A DNA stretch of 64,000 nt from an uncultured Gemmatimonadales bacterium (GTDB lineage: Bacteria; Gemmatimonadota; Gemmatimonadetes; Gemmatimonadales; GWC2-71-9), in NCBI GenBank assembly GCA_963828735.1, contig CAWHFW010000001.1, forward strand, positions 32,001 to 96,000, in the 5' to 3' direction. Each line of letters begins with the position of its first letter. The first letter of the stretch is position 1. Under the pieces are notes generated by a model. The model was not told the DNA's origin, ran no database searches, and was given only the letters and a program-made list of their open reading frames with translations. Position numbers and translations under genes: made by a program. Shown one piece after another: positions 63,353 through 64,000 of the stretch.

Positions 63353-64000
63353 GCCTGCGGCGTGTCGTGGCGGGCCTGATGGCAGTCGTCCTGGCGATGG
63401 CGCTGGTGGTGCTCTATCGCGGCCATCGGCGAGAGGTGGTGCAGGAGGCCGAGCGGCAGGCGCCGGTGATGGCGCCCAGCCGGGTGAGCGGGGACAGCGA
63501 GGCGGCCGTGGTCACGCTCGCGGCGGGCGAGCGCCGCCGCGTGGGGATCGAGCTCGCGGTGGTCCGCTCGACCTCGGGCGGAGCCGAGAGCCGCATGCCG
63601 GGTGAGGTGGTACCGGAGACCGAGCGGGCGGCCGTGCTCCGTGCACCGGTCGCCGGCCGGTTCACGCTGCCCGACGGTGCGCGCTGGCCCGCACTCGGAG
63701 AGCGCGTGGCGGCCGACGTGCCGCTGGCGCAGGTGTCCGACGCACGGCCGCTCGCGCTGCCGATCGGCGGCGTGGTGACGCGCGTCGGCGCCCAGCCGGG
63801 CGCGCTGGTGGAGGCGGGGCAGGCGCTGCTCGAGGTGGCGGACTACAGCCACCCACTGGTGCGGGTGGCCTGGCTCGACCCCGCGGGGGGCGCCCCACCG
63901 GCGCGCCTCGCCGTCGGACCGGGATCCGCCTCCGGAGCGACGAGGTGCCGGCACGCCTCGTCGGGTCCCGCGCCCGAGGCCGATCCCGTCACTCGCCGCG
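63349..64000 (+). CDS. Efflux RND periplasmic adaptor subunit (runs off the end of the window)
   Basis: ATGA overlap with the TolC gene, N-terminal transmembrane helix, lipoyl-like halves LRAPVAG and LPIGGVV..GALVEAGQALLEV. Confidence 0.7.
   Translation, partial: MSLRRVVAGLMAVVLAMALVVLYRGHRREVVQEAERQAPVMAPSRVSGDSEAAVVTLAAGERRRVGIELAVVRSTSGGAESRMPGEVVPETERAAVLRAPVAGRFTLPDGARWPALGERVAADVPLAQVSDARPLALPIGGVVTRVGAQPGALVEAGQALLEVADYSHPLVRVAWLDPAGGAPPARLAVGPGSASGATRCRHASSGPAPEADPVTRR

Overview
A high-GC (roughly 70%) stretch of bacterial core chromosome. Gene content and style suggest Gemmatimonadota (inference only). In order: partial TPR protein; argE-like M20 peptidase; hutF; frameshifted Fpg-like glycosylase; MFS transporter; pgm; PP2C phosphatase; secG; carA; HU; moaDEA; trmL; mdh-sdhCAB; His/Met-rich outer-membrane protein plus LVIVD lipoprotein; two M1 aminopeptidases flanking a CHAD-CYTH gene; dcd; a complete nuoA-N operon with a Rex-like operator; PMM/PGM; UPF0182; arcC-sucCD-(EIIA-CBS)-ndk; yceD-rpmF-plsX-fabHDG-acpP-fabF; AI-2E transporter; an orphan gene with a ~700 bp upstream region; mqnEAC; ispF; a DedA-TerB fusion; xerD; and the start of a TolC/RND efflux operon. 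I saw no rRNA, tRNA, CRISPR array or IS element. The most unusual element is the orphan module at 55054-56330: a small protein that may resemble a recombinase core-binding domain, preceded by about nine CAA(A)C(GC) repeats all spaced in helical phase. Also notable are three genes that appear to need CTG starts at CTGA overlaps, and several single-base frameshifts that are probably assembly errors. All homology calls come from motif recognition by eye; no database searches were run.
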